Shown here: positions 26,760 to 36,500 of the stretch, piece after piece
How positions within the stretch are numbered: position 1 is the first letter of the stretch
Layout: each line of letters opens with the position of its first letter
NCBI GenBank assembly: GCA_016176335.1
Contig: JACOXI010000003.1
Coordinates: 6,920 to 70,919, forward strand
Length of the DNA stretch: 64,000 nucleotides
Source of the DNA: Candidatus Daviesbacteria bacterium
GTDB lineage: Bacteria > Patescibacteriota > Microgenomatia > Daviesbacterales > UBA10151
Reading direction: 5' to 3'
Notes under the pieces: generated by a model
What the model saw: the letters and a program-made list of their open reading frames with translations, nothing else
What the model was told of the DNA's origin: nothing
Database searches by the model: none
Program-made: the position numbers and the translations under genes

Positions 26760-27398
26760 GCTTGTCAATAATTGTACCACCTCTTCATCTGATACAGGCT
26801 CAAATTTGTGATAAAACTGGCCAACTGCCTGGAAATACTCAGGTGTTTCCAAAACCACTACCTCCCCGAACTCTCCTAACTCCCTGATGATTTTCTCTAC
26901 TGGTTCTTTACTTGCCACAGGTATGGCCAAGATTATTTTTTTAGCTTCATGCCTTTTTAAATACCTGACAGCAGAAAGTGTTGTTGCACCTGTGGCAATC
27001 CCATCATCAACAAGGATTACAGTTTTACCTCCGACATTAAGAGGTTTTTTTTCTCGCCTATATAAATCCTCTCTCCTTGTTATCTCTTCTACCTCATTTT
27101 TCACTGTTTCCTTCAAATCATAAATCGTTGATCCTAAATCATCAATCAAATTCTGATCCCACACCACCTCACCATCCGGATCTACTGCTCCCAAAGCCAA
27201 TTCAGGCTGGGTCAGGGCACCTATTTTTCTGGTCACAATAATATCCAAGGGTAAGTTTAATGATTCTGCTACTGCGGATGCCACCACCACTCCTCCTCTG
27301 GGAATACCAAGTACCAGGACATTATCTTTACCTTTGTAGTGTTTAAGATGTTTTGCGAGCAATTTCCCGGCTGATTGTCTATCTTTAAAAATCTTCAT
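26757..27398 (-). CDS. Phosphoribosyltransferase (type I PRTase fold)
   Basis: 'VILVDDGIATGATTLSAV' is the PRPP-binding motif. Confidence 0.7.
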   Translation of the reverse strand: MKIFKDRQSAGKLLAKHLKHYKGKDNVLVLGIPRGGVVVASAVAESLNLPLDIIVTRKIGALTQPELALGAVDPDGEVVWDQNLIDDLGSTIYDLKETVKNEVEEITRREDLYRREKKPLNVGGKTVILVDDGIATGATTLSAVRYLKRHEAKKIILAIPVASKEPVEKIIRELGEFGEVVVLETPEYFQAVGQFYHKFEPVSDEEVVQLLTS

Positions 27399-27474
27399 TA
27401 AAATTTAAAGTGTTTTGGGAATTTTTACATTTTAATATGTCATTTTTATTTTTGATATTTACATTCTACATTTA

Positions 27475-28845
27475 CTAATCGAACAACCCCAATTGTGGGG
27501 CTTGATCTTCCTTCTTTTCTTCGGCTCCGTCCTCTCTCTCGTTCCATATCTTCACCACCCCATATACTCCATCATAGCCCGGATCAATCACCAAATCTGC
27601 CTGTCGCACTTTTCCCACTCCTTCTGCAATCTTGGGGCCTGATATTTTGGCTATTTCATCTAAAGATGTTTTGGTCAAAACCTTTATCTCTCCTCCCAGA
27701 TTAGTCACTAACTTTTTATACTCTAAAATCACCTTTTGGGTTGTTGGAGCAGTATGAAAACTTTCAGCAATAATTTGTATTAAAGGCACCAGCATTCTAT
27801 ATCCCGGCCTAGTTGGAAAAGTTTTGCTTTTTATTACTCCTCCTTCATTGTCCATTGTCAATTGTCCATTGTTTCGCGAAGCGAGAACTTCCACCCTCTC
27901 CATTACCCCCACAGTCAAACCTCTACCGCATTTAGGGCAGATCGTACCTTTGGTCTTGGTCTCTTCCGGAGTATACTTTATATTACAATTTCTATGCCCT
28001 GTGTAATGATACTTTCCTTCTTCAGGATAAAATTCTATAGTTCCTGCAATTTTTTGCTCTTTTATTGTCATAAATAACCCTGAATAACCCTCACTTATCT
28101 CCCCATCAAATACTGTTGCTTCTCTGCCTAAATTTGGTAAGGAGTGGGCATCTGAAAAAGAGATAATTGATCTGTTGTCAAGCTCTTTTATCCTCCAGTT
28201 CATGGCCGGGTCAGAACTTAATCCTGTTTCTATTCCATAAATATACTGTGTTAGATCCTCAAAACATTCTTTCAGAGAATCATAGCCTGACTCGGAACCA
28301 AAAATTCCAAACCAAGGAGTCCAAGCATGAGCCGGAATAAAAAGAGCTTTTTCCGATGCCTGCAAGGCCAAAGACAGTAAGTCTTTTGAAGGTATTCCCA
28401 CAATAGGCCTGCCATCAGAACCTAAAGTTGCTCTTCTTGATAAAAGCTCCTTTTGAAATCTCTCCGCGGAAACAAAATCAGGCATAAAAACCAGATTATG
28501 TACTCTTCTTCCCCTACCTTTCTGGGAATACATTGAAGCAATTTCCACAGTTAAAACAAATCTTACCCCCCGCCTTTGGCGAGGCTCGCTCGCCTCGTGG
28601 CGAAGCAACGGGCCTTCGGCAGCTTCACCTTTTCCGCTTTCCCCTTTCATACTTAAAAATCCAGACCCATCCTCTGTCAAATCTTTTTTAAGCTCCGCAA
28701 ACCAAAGTGGGTGCAAAAAATCCCCTGTACCCAAAACATCAATGCCTTTATACTTTGCCCATTCAACCAAATTTGGAACATTTAATTGGGGGGAGCAGGC
28801 CCGGGAGTATTTGGAGTGAATATGCAAATCAGCCACATATGCCAT
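27475..28845 (-). CDS. PHP-domain nuclease, endonuclease Q (EndoQ)-like; carries two in-frame repeat inserts
   Basis: The N-terminus has the PHP motif 'VADLHIHSKYSRA'. A Zn-finger 'CPKCGRG' follows. This architecture matches archaeal EndoQ. The inserts are 'KGESGKGEAAEGPLLRHEASEPRQRRG' and 'ASRNNGQLTMDNEGG'. Confidence 0.55.
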   Translation of the reverse strand: MAYVADLHIHSKYSRACSPQLNVPNLVEWAKYKGIDVLGTGDFLHPLWFAELKKDLTEDGSGFLSMKGESGKGEAAEGPLLRHEASEPRQRRGVRFVLTVEIASMYSQKGRGRRVHNLVFMPDFVSAERFQKELLSRRATLGSDGRPIVGIPSKDLLSLALQASEKALFIPAHAWTPWFGIFGSESGYDSLKECFEDLTQYIYGIETGLSSDPAMNWRIKELDNRSIISFSDAHSLPNLGREATVFDGEISEGYSGLFMTIKEQKIAGTIEFYPEEGKYHYTGHRNCNIKYTPEETKTKGTICPKCGRGLTVGVMERVEVLASRNNGQLTMDNEGGVIKSKTFPTRPGYRMLVPLIQIIAESFHTAPTTQKVILEYKKLVTNLGGEIKVLTKTSLDEIAKISGPKIAEGVGKVRQADLVIDPGYDGVYGVVKIWNEREDGAEEKKEDQAPQLGLFD

Positions 28846-28849
28846 GAGG

Positions 28850-29383
28850 CTATTTTAGCATACCTTGTCTTTTGGCTAATCTTTTCTTGAATAGATTTTC
28901 TCTAAAACCACCTTCCCTCACAAATTTTTCTTCTAACCACCTCAGTTTTTGGTCAAGCAAACGGTTGGTTTGGTTAATGAGGCAGATAATGGCATTAGCT
29001 GCTTGTTCTGGGTTTTCAATATAATTTTTATAATCGTTATAACTATTATAATTGTTATAAACTAAGCTTCTTACTTTTTTAGCCTCTGGGGAATCCTTTT
29101 CCCAAAGTTTTAACCCCCTCTGCCTTAAAAAATCCAAATAATCATTTAAAAGTTCTTCTAAACTTCCCCTTGCTACTCCTAAAAGTTTAATTCTTCCTTC
29201 CAGGCTTTTTTGCAGATAACCTTCAGGAATATTTTGTTTTCCGGATCTGGCAGCCTGTTCCATCTGATCTTTAGTCCTGGATTTATAATCAATGTATCTT
29301 TTAACAAACTCAACAGTGAAGTCATAAATAATCTCAGCTTGTTTGAAGAAAGGAAGAGATTTGTAACCACCGGTTTGATTCAT
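28850..29383 (-). CDS. Four-helix-bundle protein (TIGR02436 family, long form)
   Basis: 'LPFFKQAEIIYDFTVEFVKRY' opens the protein. It has the C-terminal four-helix-bundle suffix region. An N/Y-rich segment comes from a 'ttataa' repeat duplicated upstream. Confidence 0.7.
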   Translation of the reverse strand: MNQTGGYKSLPFFKQAEIIYDFTVEFVKRYIDYKSRTKDQMEQAARSGKQNIPEGYLQKSLEGRIKLLGVARGSLEELLNDYLDFLRQRGLKLWEKDSPEAKKVRSLVYNNYNSYNDYKNYIENPEQAANAIICLINQTNRLLDQKLRWLEEKFVREGGFRENLFKKRLAKRQGMLK

Positions 29384-29424
29384 ATAACCGTTATAATTTT
29401 TATAATTATTATAACTTTTATATT

Positions 29425-31158
29425 CTACTTTCTAAACTGCAGTTTGTACATTTCCATCAGCTCTTTCAGGGTGGTGGCATCTTCGGCCTTCTTGTCTGCT
29501 TCCCTAAATTTGACCAATCTGGGAAAACGCAGGGCCAGACCGGCCGTATGAAGCGGGCTTTTAGTGATCTCATCTGCCAGAACCTCAATCACAATCTTTG
29601 GTTCCACCCACACACTGGGAGTAATCAATGACCTTACTCTGGCTGGTTTACTTTTAACCTTCAACTTCTCACCTTTAACTTTTATCTCTCTCCACTCTTC
29701 ATCTGTCAACCCTGTCCCAATTTTGGAAACTGTTACAAACTCATCTTTGTCCTGATCATAAACTCCCACGAGGAGCGCTCCTGCTCCAAAAGCAGATCTT
29801 TTACCTTTACCAAAAATATATCCTAAAATCACACAATCTATGGTATCTTTTAACTCTCCGTCAGAGTGTCTTTTTAACTTGACCCAGTTAAAATTCCTGG
29901 CCCCTGCCTCATACTTGGAAGTAGGCCTTTTGACAATTAACCCTTCCAAACCCTTAGTCAGTGCGTCATCAAAAAGCTCCTGTATCCTTTCCACTGAATC
30001 TGTGATCTCTCCTGGCTGCGGAATTAAAACTTCGTGTCCCTTAATTCTTGATTCTAACTGCTTGATTCTTACTTTAAGAGGCAAATCCATTAAAGATTGG
30101 TCATCCAAATACATCACATCAAATACAAATGCCTTAAGCGGTAATTTTACAGCCATCTCCTCTATTCCGTACTTACGACGCCTTTTGGTGGTTTCCTGAA
30201 AAGGTAAAAACTCTTCAGACTGCGGATTAAAAGCCAAAGCTTCTGAATCTAAAATTGCAGTTTTTGCCGATACCTGAGATAAAACTCCTTTAATAATATC
30301 CGGAAACATAGGAGTTGTTTCTTCTAAATTTCTGGAAAAAAGTCTGACCTTGCTACCGTCTTTATGAATTTGTACCCTGAACCCATCGAATTTTTGTTGG
30401 ACATGGGCTTTCCCTCCATATTTTTCCAAAATGGTTTTGGCATCAGGTAATCTTTCTGCAAGTTGTGATCTAATTGGCCTTCCCACAGTTACATCCAAAC
30501 CTTGAACTCCCCGAAGTCCCTGACTCCACAAAACCTCCCCAATCAAACCTAAATCAGACACTTTATTATATGCACCTTCCAAAAGCTTTCTTTTACTTTT
30601 ATCACCCAATTTAGACTTGGCAAAAGCATCCATAATAGTGGGATCACCAATTCCTAACCTTGAGGTTCCCAAAGGGATTCGTACCAGGTGTTTGGCAGAA
30701 ACTCCATCCACTTTATTCAAAAGACTAGAAAGAGCTGTAACCTTCTTTTCAACAGCCCCTTCCCCTGTGGTTTTGGCAATTTCTGTTAAAGTTTTAAAGA
30801 CTTCTGCAACTGACAGAGATCCTTCGACTCTCCCTCGACTAGCTCGGGATCGCTCAGGATGGCTCGCAAATTTGCTCGCCACTATCCCCAAATCCCCTAA
30901 CCTCCCATACTCTTTCAGTACTTGCTCACGTTCTACCCCATAAGCCCGGGCCATTGCTTGAGCAACTAATTTTTCGCTCATCCCAATCTCAATTGGTTCA
31001 TAAAAAGGGGCCACCCGTCCTTGCAGTAAATAAACAACCTCCGCTATTTCACGAGACTTTACTTCATCAAAAAGCTTGGACATGATATCAATAAGCGTAA
31101 GGCGGGAAGAGGTTGATTCTAAATTTTCAAAATACTGCGCCAGTTTACCAAATGTCAT
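29425..31158 (-). CDS. lig: ATP-dependent DNA ligase (archaeal/eukaryotic LigI-like)
   Basis: 'KFDGFRVQIH' is the KxDG adenylation motif I. The length and OB/ligase domains fit. It carries an in-frame insert 'ASHPERSRASRGRVEGS'. Confidence 0.9.
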   Translation of the reverse strand: MTFGKLAQYFENLESTSSRLTLIDIMSKLFDEVKSREIAEVVYLLQGRVAPFYEPIEIGMSEKLVAQAMARAYGVEREQVLKEYGRLGDLGIVASKFASHPERSRASRGRVEGSLSVAEVFKTLTEIAKTTGEGAVEKKVTALSSLLNKVDGVSAKHLVRIPLGTSRLGIGDPTIMDAFAKSKLGDKSKRKLLEGAYNKVSDLGLIGEVLWSQGLRGVQGLDVTVGRPIRSQLAERLPDAKTILEKYGGKAHVQQKFDGFRVQIHKDGSKVRLFSRNLEETTPMFPDIIKGVLSQVSAKTAILDSEALAFNPQSEEFLPFQETTKRRRKYGIEEMAVKLPLKAFVFDVMYLDDQSLMDLPLKVRIKQLESRIKGHEVLIPQPGEITDSVERIQELFDDALTKGLEGLIVKRPTSKYEAGARNFNWVKLKRHSDGELKDTIDCVILGYIFGKGKRSAFGAGALLVGVYDQDKDEFVTVSKIGTGLTDEEWREIKVKGEKLKVKSKPARVRSLITPSVWVEPKIVIEVLADEITKSPLHTAGLALRFPRLVKFREADKKAEDATTLKELMEMYKLQFRK

Positions 31159-31180
31159 ATTTGGATTGTAGTAGATTCAG

Positions 31181-31708
31181 ATGATCTTGACAAGCAGAAT
31201 TGCTCTTGTAAAATTACCCTCTATGCTTTATCCTGAGGGAGAGATGGAACAGACACCAAAACAACCTCCCACAGCTGAGGGGCCTAAACTTCCTCAAACT
31301 GAAGAAGAGCTGAATCAAATACTTAATACTGCCCGTAGAGCAGGTGCCATAGCGGCTATTAACTCCATACACGAGGAGATAGCACAAACACTTAGCACTA
31401 ATACAGGATATATGGAACTAATTCAATTGGGGTTAGCTAGGGCTGCTGCAACTGGAGGTTTTACTCGGCAAAACTTTAGACCGATACTTCAGTATCTTGA
31501 GGAAATCTTGAATGCTGGAAAAAAAGAAGTAACAATCCTCTTAAAATATAAACAAGCGGCAGTAGAGGGGAGAATCAATTTTGCTGAAATTGGTAGTGAT
31601 CCACAAAGTAGATTACAGGTTTTGGATATTCATCCCCAGGTTCAACCATCGTCAACAACTCAAGATGTTTCACCAGCGAATCCTAGCTCTCCTTTAACAC
31701 ATAAATAG
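31181..31708 (+). CDS. Hypothetical protein
   Basis: No motifs are recognised. Its 3' end overlaps the first 46-bp direct repeat. Confidence 0.3.
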   Translation: MILTSRIALVKLPSMLYPEGEMEQTPKQPPTAEGPKLPQTEEELNQILNTARRAGAIAAINSIHEEIAQTLSTNTGYMELIQLGLARAAATGGFTRQNFRPILQYLEEILNAGKKEVTILLKYKQAAVEGRINFAEIGSDPQSRLQVLDIHPQVQPSSTTQDVSPANPSSPLTHK

Positions 31709-31738
31709 CTTTTTTGGTGCCGCCGGACTTTTTAACCA
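31693..31738 (+). repeat. 46-bp direct repeat, left copy, flanking the BrnTA cassette
   Basis: It is 45/46 identical to 32331..32376, which encodes the Fic C-terminus. Confidence 0.8.
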
Positions 31739-31739
31739 T

Positions 31740-32063
31740 TTATTTAGGCTTTTGATTTTTTAAATTCTCCTGCAGTTTTTCCATTAACCACATACGGGCT
31801 AAAGTGGAGAGGTTTAAACCCATGCTTCTGGCAAATTTATCCAAACTCTCTTTAACTTGTTTTTGTACTCTTAAAACAATAGCTTCGTCCCTAGGTTTAT
31901 TGAGTTCAAAAATAATGTCTACATCTTTAAACTCATCCCAGTAATCTCCCAAATCATGCGTATCCCACCAGTTTGCTTCTTCTTTGTAAGTCATTTTATT
32001 GAAATCAGGCAATCTGCTTTTTTTCTTTTTCATAAATTTTTCTCCTTTCTTTTTTAGCTGCAT
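31740..32063 (-). CDS. brnA: BrnA-like antitoxin (RHH/CopG-type)
   Basis: It is a small protein downstream of and overlapping a BrnT-like gene. Its C-terminus is RHH-like ('NLSTLARMWLMEKL'). Confidence 0.6.
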   Translation of the reverse strand: MQLKKKGEKFMKKKKSRLPDFNKMTYKEEANWWDTHDLGDYWDEFKDVDIIFELNKPRDEAIVLRVQKQVKESLDKFARSMGLNLSTLARMWLMEKLQENLKNQKPK

Positions 32064-32292
32064 CTCTCGCAGTTACCGGATAATAAATTCCAGTTTCTTT
32101 TCTATTTATAATTACAGTTAAAATTCTTGATCCAACCCTACCAATTATTAAATATCTCCCCTGTTTAGTACCCTCATGAGCTATTACATTTTTAGATACA
32201 TCTTCAATCTCTTGTTGAGAAACATTATGTTTTTTAATATGCTCTCTATTCCACTCATCCCAAATCAGTTTCCTAACAATGATTCTAGTCAT
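32005..32292 (-). CDS. brnT: BrnT-like toxin (DUF497 ribonuclease toxin family)
   Basis: 'KLIWDEWNREHIKKHNVSQQEIEDV...LIIGRVGSRILTVII' matches the BrnT fold signature. Confidence 0.65.
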   Translation of the reverse strand: MTRIIVRKLIWDEWNREHIKKHNVSQQEIEDVSKNVIAHEGTKQGRYLIIGRVGSRILTVIINRKETGIYYPVTARDAAKKERRKIYEKEKKQIA

Positions 32293-32326
32293 TATTGTAT
32301 TACACTATTATACATTTGTCAACTGC

Positions 32327-33403
32327 TTACTTTAACACATAAATCGCTTTTTTGGTGCCGCCGGACTTTTTAACCAAACCCTTTTGACGCAAAAATTTAA
32401 GTTCCCGCAGCACTGTATCATCAGAATGATCCGGGAAAATTTTCCTAAAATCCTTATTGGACATTCCCTTGTGCCTGTGGATATATTCCATAATCATCAT
32501 CTGCCTCTCATTTAAGGCCACCTGCTCCCCCAGCTTATCTTTAATCCTGGCATCAGTGGAAATTCTTTGAACCTTTTCCTTAACTCTGTTTAACTCTATT
32601 GCCACACCCTGGGTAAAATACTCCAGCCAGGGAGTTAAATCCCTCTCATGTGTATCTAGTACAAGCTGGTTTGATACAGCTTGTAATGTTAAGTAATAGT
32701 CCATAGGGTTTTCATCAAAATACTCTTCAAATGAGAAAAATTTTCTAATGTCGTAATTATCCAAAAACATCACCAGTGTGGCAACTGCTCTTGCCACTCT
32801 GCCGTTTCCATCAACAAAAGGGTGAATCCTGGCAATTTCATAATGAATAATTCCTGCTTTAATGACCGGGTGGGTACTTTTTCCCTCATCAGAGTTGATC
32901 CAATTAACCACATCCTCAATTTGATATGGCACCTCAACTGCCGGAGGAGGCGTGTAAGATACTTGTCCGGTTTTGGTATTGCGGATTACTACCTGACGCA
33001 GCCTAAACTTACCGCATGACTCCGGAGGCAAGATTTTGTCTGTTGTCAGCTTGTGAATTTCCAAAATTGTTTCAAGTGTAAAATTATATGCACCGGAAGT
33101 GCCGATTTGGGCTTGCACCGCATCAATAAATTTTAAGACATTTCTGTAATTTATTATCTCCCAAACATCTCTATCCCGGGCAATTACTTCTTGTCCGTCT
33201 AAAACATCCCTAACTTCTTCCTCTGACAGCGGATTTCCTTCAAGATGAGTTCCGTGGTGAACTGTCCGCTCTATGGCCTCTTTTCTAAATTTTGCCTCCC
33301 AGGCAGGTATCAGCGGAGCATTCATAATAACTTCTCTCGCAGCCTCAACAATACCTATGTCTTTGAGGATTTTATTGGTAATTGTATACTTGGGAATAAA
33401 CAT
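32327..33403 (-). CDS. fic: Fic/DOC family protein with C-terminal wHTH
   Basis: 'HPFVDGNGRVARAVATL' is the Fic motif HPFx[DE]GNGR. Confidence 0.85.
   Translation of the reverse strand: MFIPKYTITNKILKDIGIVEAAREVIMNAPLIPAWEAKFRKEAIERTVHHGTHLEGNPLSEEEVRDVLDGQEVIARDRDVWEIINYRNVLKFIDAVQAQIGTSGAYNFTLETILEIHKLTTDKILPPESCGKFRLRQVVIRNTKTGQVSYTPPPAVEVPYQIEDVVNWINSDEGKSTHPVIKAGIIHYEIARIHPFVDGNGRVARAVATLVMFLDNYDIRKFFSFEEYFDENPMDYYLTLQAVSNQLVLDTHERDLTPWLEYFTQGVAIELNRVKEKVQRISTDARIKDKLGEQVALNERQMMIMEYIHRHKGMSNKDFRKIFPDHSDDTVLRELKFLRQKGLVKKSGGTKKAIYVLK
32331..32376 (+). repeat. 46-bp direct repeat, right copy (= 3' end of fic coding sequence)
   Basis: It encodes '...VKKSGGTKKAIYVLK*' of Fic on the minus strand. 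Confidence 0.8.
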
Positions 33404-33485
33404 GATTATAGCTATCAGTCTTCAGCTATCAGCTTTCAGACTGTACCTAAAAATGTCTGACGACTGACGACTGAAAGCCGACGAC
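33404..33485 (+). repeat. Palindromic 'CAGCTATCAG...GTCTGACGACTGACGACTGA' element (copy A)
   Basis: It matches copies at 42343..42422 and 56706..56785. Confidence 0.7.
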
Positions 33486-33521
33486 TACTTCAATTTTCGC
33501 ATATTTCCCGCAAAATTCCAA

Positions 33522-36500
33522 CTAAGGAATGACATATTCATCCCAACTTTTGATCTGTAAATCTGCTATTTTTTTGGAAGACAAACTTGATACTAATAAT
33601 TCTGCAGCTTGAAGATTGGTGATAAGCGGAATTCCCAAATCAATACAATGCCTTCTTATCACAAATCCATCCGTTTCTCCTTTGGAAGATCCTCCCACGG
33701 AGATATTGATGGCAAGATCAATATGACCTGCTTTCAGTAAGTCCAAAACCGACGGATGTTTTTTCTCTGAAATTTTGTAAACTCTTATACTACTTATTCT
33801 ATGCTGTTTTAAAAACTGATGTGTGTGTTCTGTGGCATAAATTTTAAATCCTAAACCGAAGAGCAGTTTGGCAGATTCCAGAAAATCCAGCTTATTTTTC
33901 TCTCCCCCAAGTCCCAAAAATACACTTTTCTTTGGCATTTTAAAGCCGGTTGCCAGCAGTGCTTTAAGATAGCCTTCCTCTAAGTCATCACCAAAACAGG
34001 CCACCTCACCGGTTGAGGACATCTCTACTCTTAACCTGGGATCTGCTCCTTTTATTCTGTTAAAAGAAAATTGAGGAGCCTTAACTGCTACATAATCCAA
34101 ATCTATAGTTTTAAAATCTCCCTGAATGTCCTCTCCAAGCATGACTTTTGTTGCCATCTCCACCAAGTTGTAACCGGTAACTTTGGAGACAAACGGGAAG
34201 GACCTCGAGGCTCTTAAATTAAGCTCGATCACTTTAATCTCATTATCTTTGGCTATAAATTGAATGTTGAACGGACCACAAATCTTAAGTTCTCTTAGAA
34301 TCTTTTTTGTAGCCTCTTTGATCTGTCTGACAGTTTCAAGGTAGAGTTTTTGCGGAGGCAAAACCAGCGTTGCATCACCGGAGTGAACCCCGGCATTTTC
34401 AACATGCTCTGATATGGCATAAATTAAAAGATTCCCGTTTACTCCTACTCCGTCAATTTCAATCTCTTTGGCGCCCTCCACAAATTTGGAGATAACAACA
34501 GGATGCTCACTTAAAATATCCGCTGCCTGTTTTAGATATTTTTTAAGCTCAGAAGAAGAGTAAGCAACATTCATGGCAGAGCCTGACAAAACATATGAGG
34601 GTCTGATCAAAACAGGGTAGCCAATTTTTCTTGCAAACTCTAGAGCATCACCCAAACTTTTAAGACTCATCCAGGCAGGTTGTTCAATGTTTAACTTATC
34701 CAAAATTTTGGAGAATTTATGCCTATCTTCTGCTCTGTCTATAGAAATAGGTGAGGTGCCGATAATTTTGTAGCCTGCTTTGTAACATTTTAAAGCTAGG
34801 TTGTTTGGAACTTGTCCACCAAAGCCCAAAACTAAACTGCCTTTTTCAATATCATAAATATCGGACACTCTCTCGAAAGTTAATTCTTCAAAGTATAATT
34901 TATCGGCCAAATCATAATCTGTGGAAACAGTTTCCGGGTTACAATTTATGATGATTGTTTCCAAACCTCTCTGCCTTAAGGTTTGTGCAGCGGTAACGCA
35001 GCACCAATCAAACTCCACTGACGAACCAATACTGTATGGTCCGGAACCTAAAACAATCGCTTGGTCCTTGAGTAGCTTAGGTGACTTAAGTGACTTAATA
35101 TTTGCCTCTGACTCTTCACCATGATAGGTCAAATATAAATAATTGGTCTTTGCCGGAAATTCTGCTGCCAAAGTATCTATGTGCTTGACCTTTGGGATAA
35201 TGCCATGTTTTTTTCTAAATTTCCTGACCTGTTCTTCTGTTGTGTTAAAAGCTTTTGCAATCACTCTATCTGAAAAACCCAGCTTCTTTGCTTTTGCAAT
35301 CGTCTGATTGCTCGCCTCGCTGAAGCTCTGGCGAAGCGGGCTGAAAGCTGAAGGCTGAAGGCTATCTTCAAACTCCGCCATCTCTTTAATTTGATGCAAA
35401 AACCAGGGATCAATGCCTGTTTCCTGATAAATTTTCTCGACACCCTCTCCTTTTGAAAACTCTTTGGCAATTGAGAAAAGTCTTTGTGATGTGGGAAGGA
35501 GTGTGCTACTATCAACTCCGTTTGATAAGCCGTCTTGCCCTATCTCCAGCATTCTAATAGCTTTTTGCAAGGCCTCCGGAAAAGACCTGCCTATTGCCAT
35601 GACCTCCCCCACACTTTTCATCTCCGATCCGATAGCCTCATACGCCCCCACAAATTTTTGTAAATCCCATCTGGGAATTTTAACCACAATATAATCCAAA
35701 GCAGGCTCAAAAAAAGCAGAAGTTGATAGGGTGATCCTGTTTTTTAAGTTGGGTAAGTTGTAACCCAAAGCTATTTTGGCAGCGATATATGCTAAAGGGT
35801 AACCAGTTGCTTTTGAGGCTAAAGCCGATGAGCGGGATAGCCTGGCATTAACTTCAATTACCCGGTAATCATTATTTCGGGGATTTAGGGCAAATTGAAT
35901 ATTACACTCCCCCAAGATCCCCAAATGCTCAATAACCTGCAAAGACAGTCTTCTTAAGAAGTGGTACTGATAATTGTTTAAGGTTTGTGATGGTGCAACA
36001 ACTATACTTTCACCGGTGTGAACCCCCATTGGATCCAAGTTCTCCATATTACAAACAGTAATCTTGTTTCCATTGTTATCTCGGACAACCTCATATTCAA
36101 TCTCTTTCCAGTGTTTTAAATACTCTTCAACAGTAATTTGGGGGACATGTTTTAAGGTGATTGACACCATTTTTACTAAATCTTCCTTATTACTCACCAC
36201 CCCTGATCCCAAACCTCCCAAGGAAAAACCTGATCTGACAAGAAGGGGGAACCCCAAATTTTCAGCAATTTCTTCTGCTTCTTTGACGGTTTTTGCAAAT
36301 CCACCTTTTGGAACTTTAACAGCAATTTTTGAAAGTGCTTTTGCAAACAATTCCCTATCTTCGGTTACTTCAATACTTCTAATCGGTGTTCCTAAAACTT
36401 TTACACCGTATTTTTTAAATATATCTTTTTTATCTAAAGCAAGGCCGCAATTTAAAGCAGTCTGTCCCCCGAATGAAAGGAAAATTCCATCAGGTTTTTC

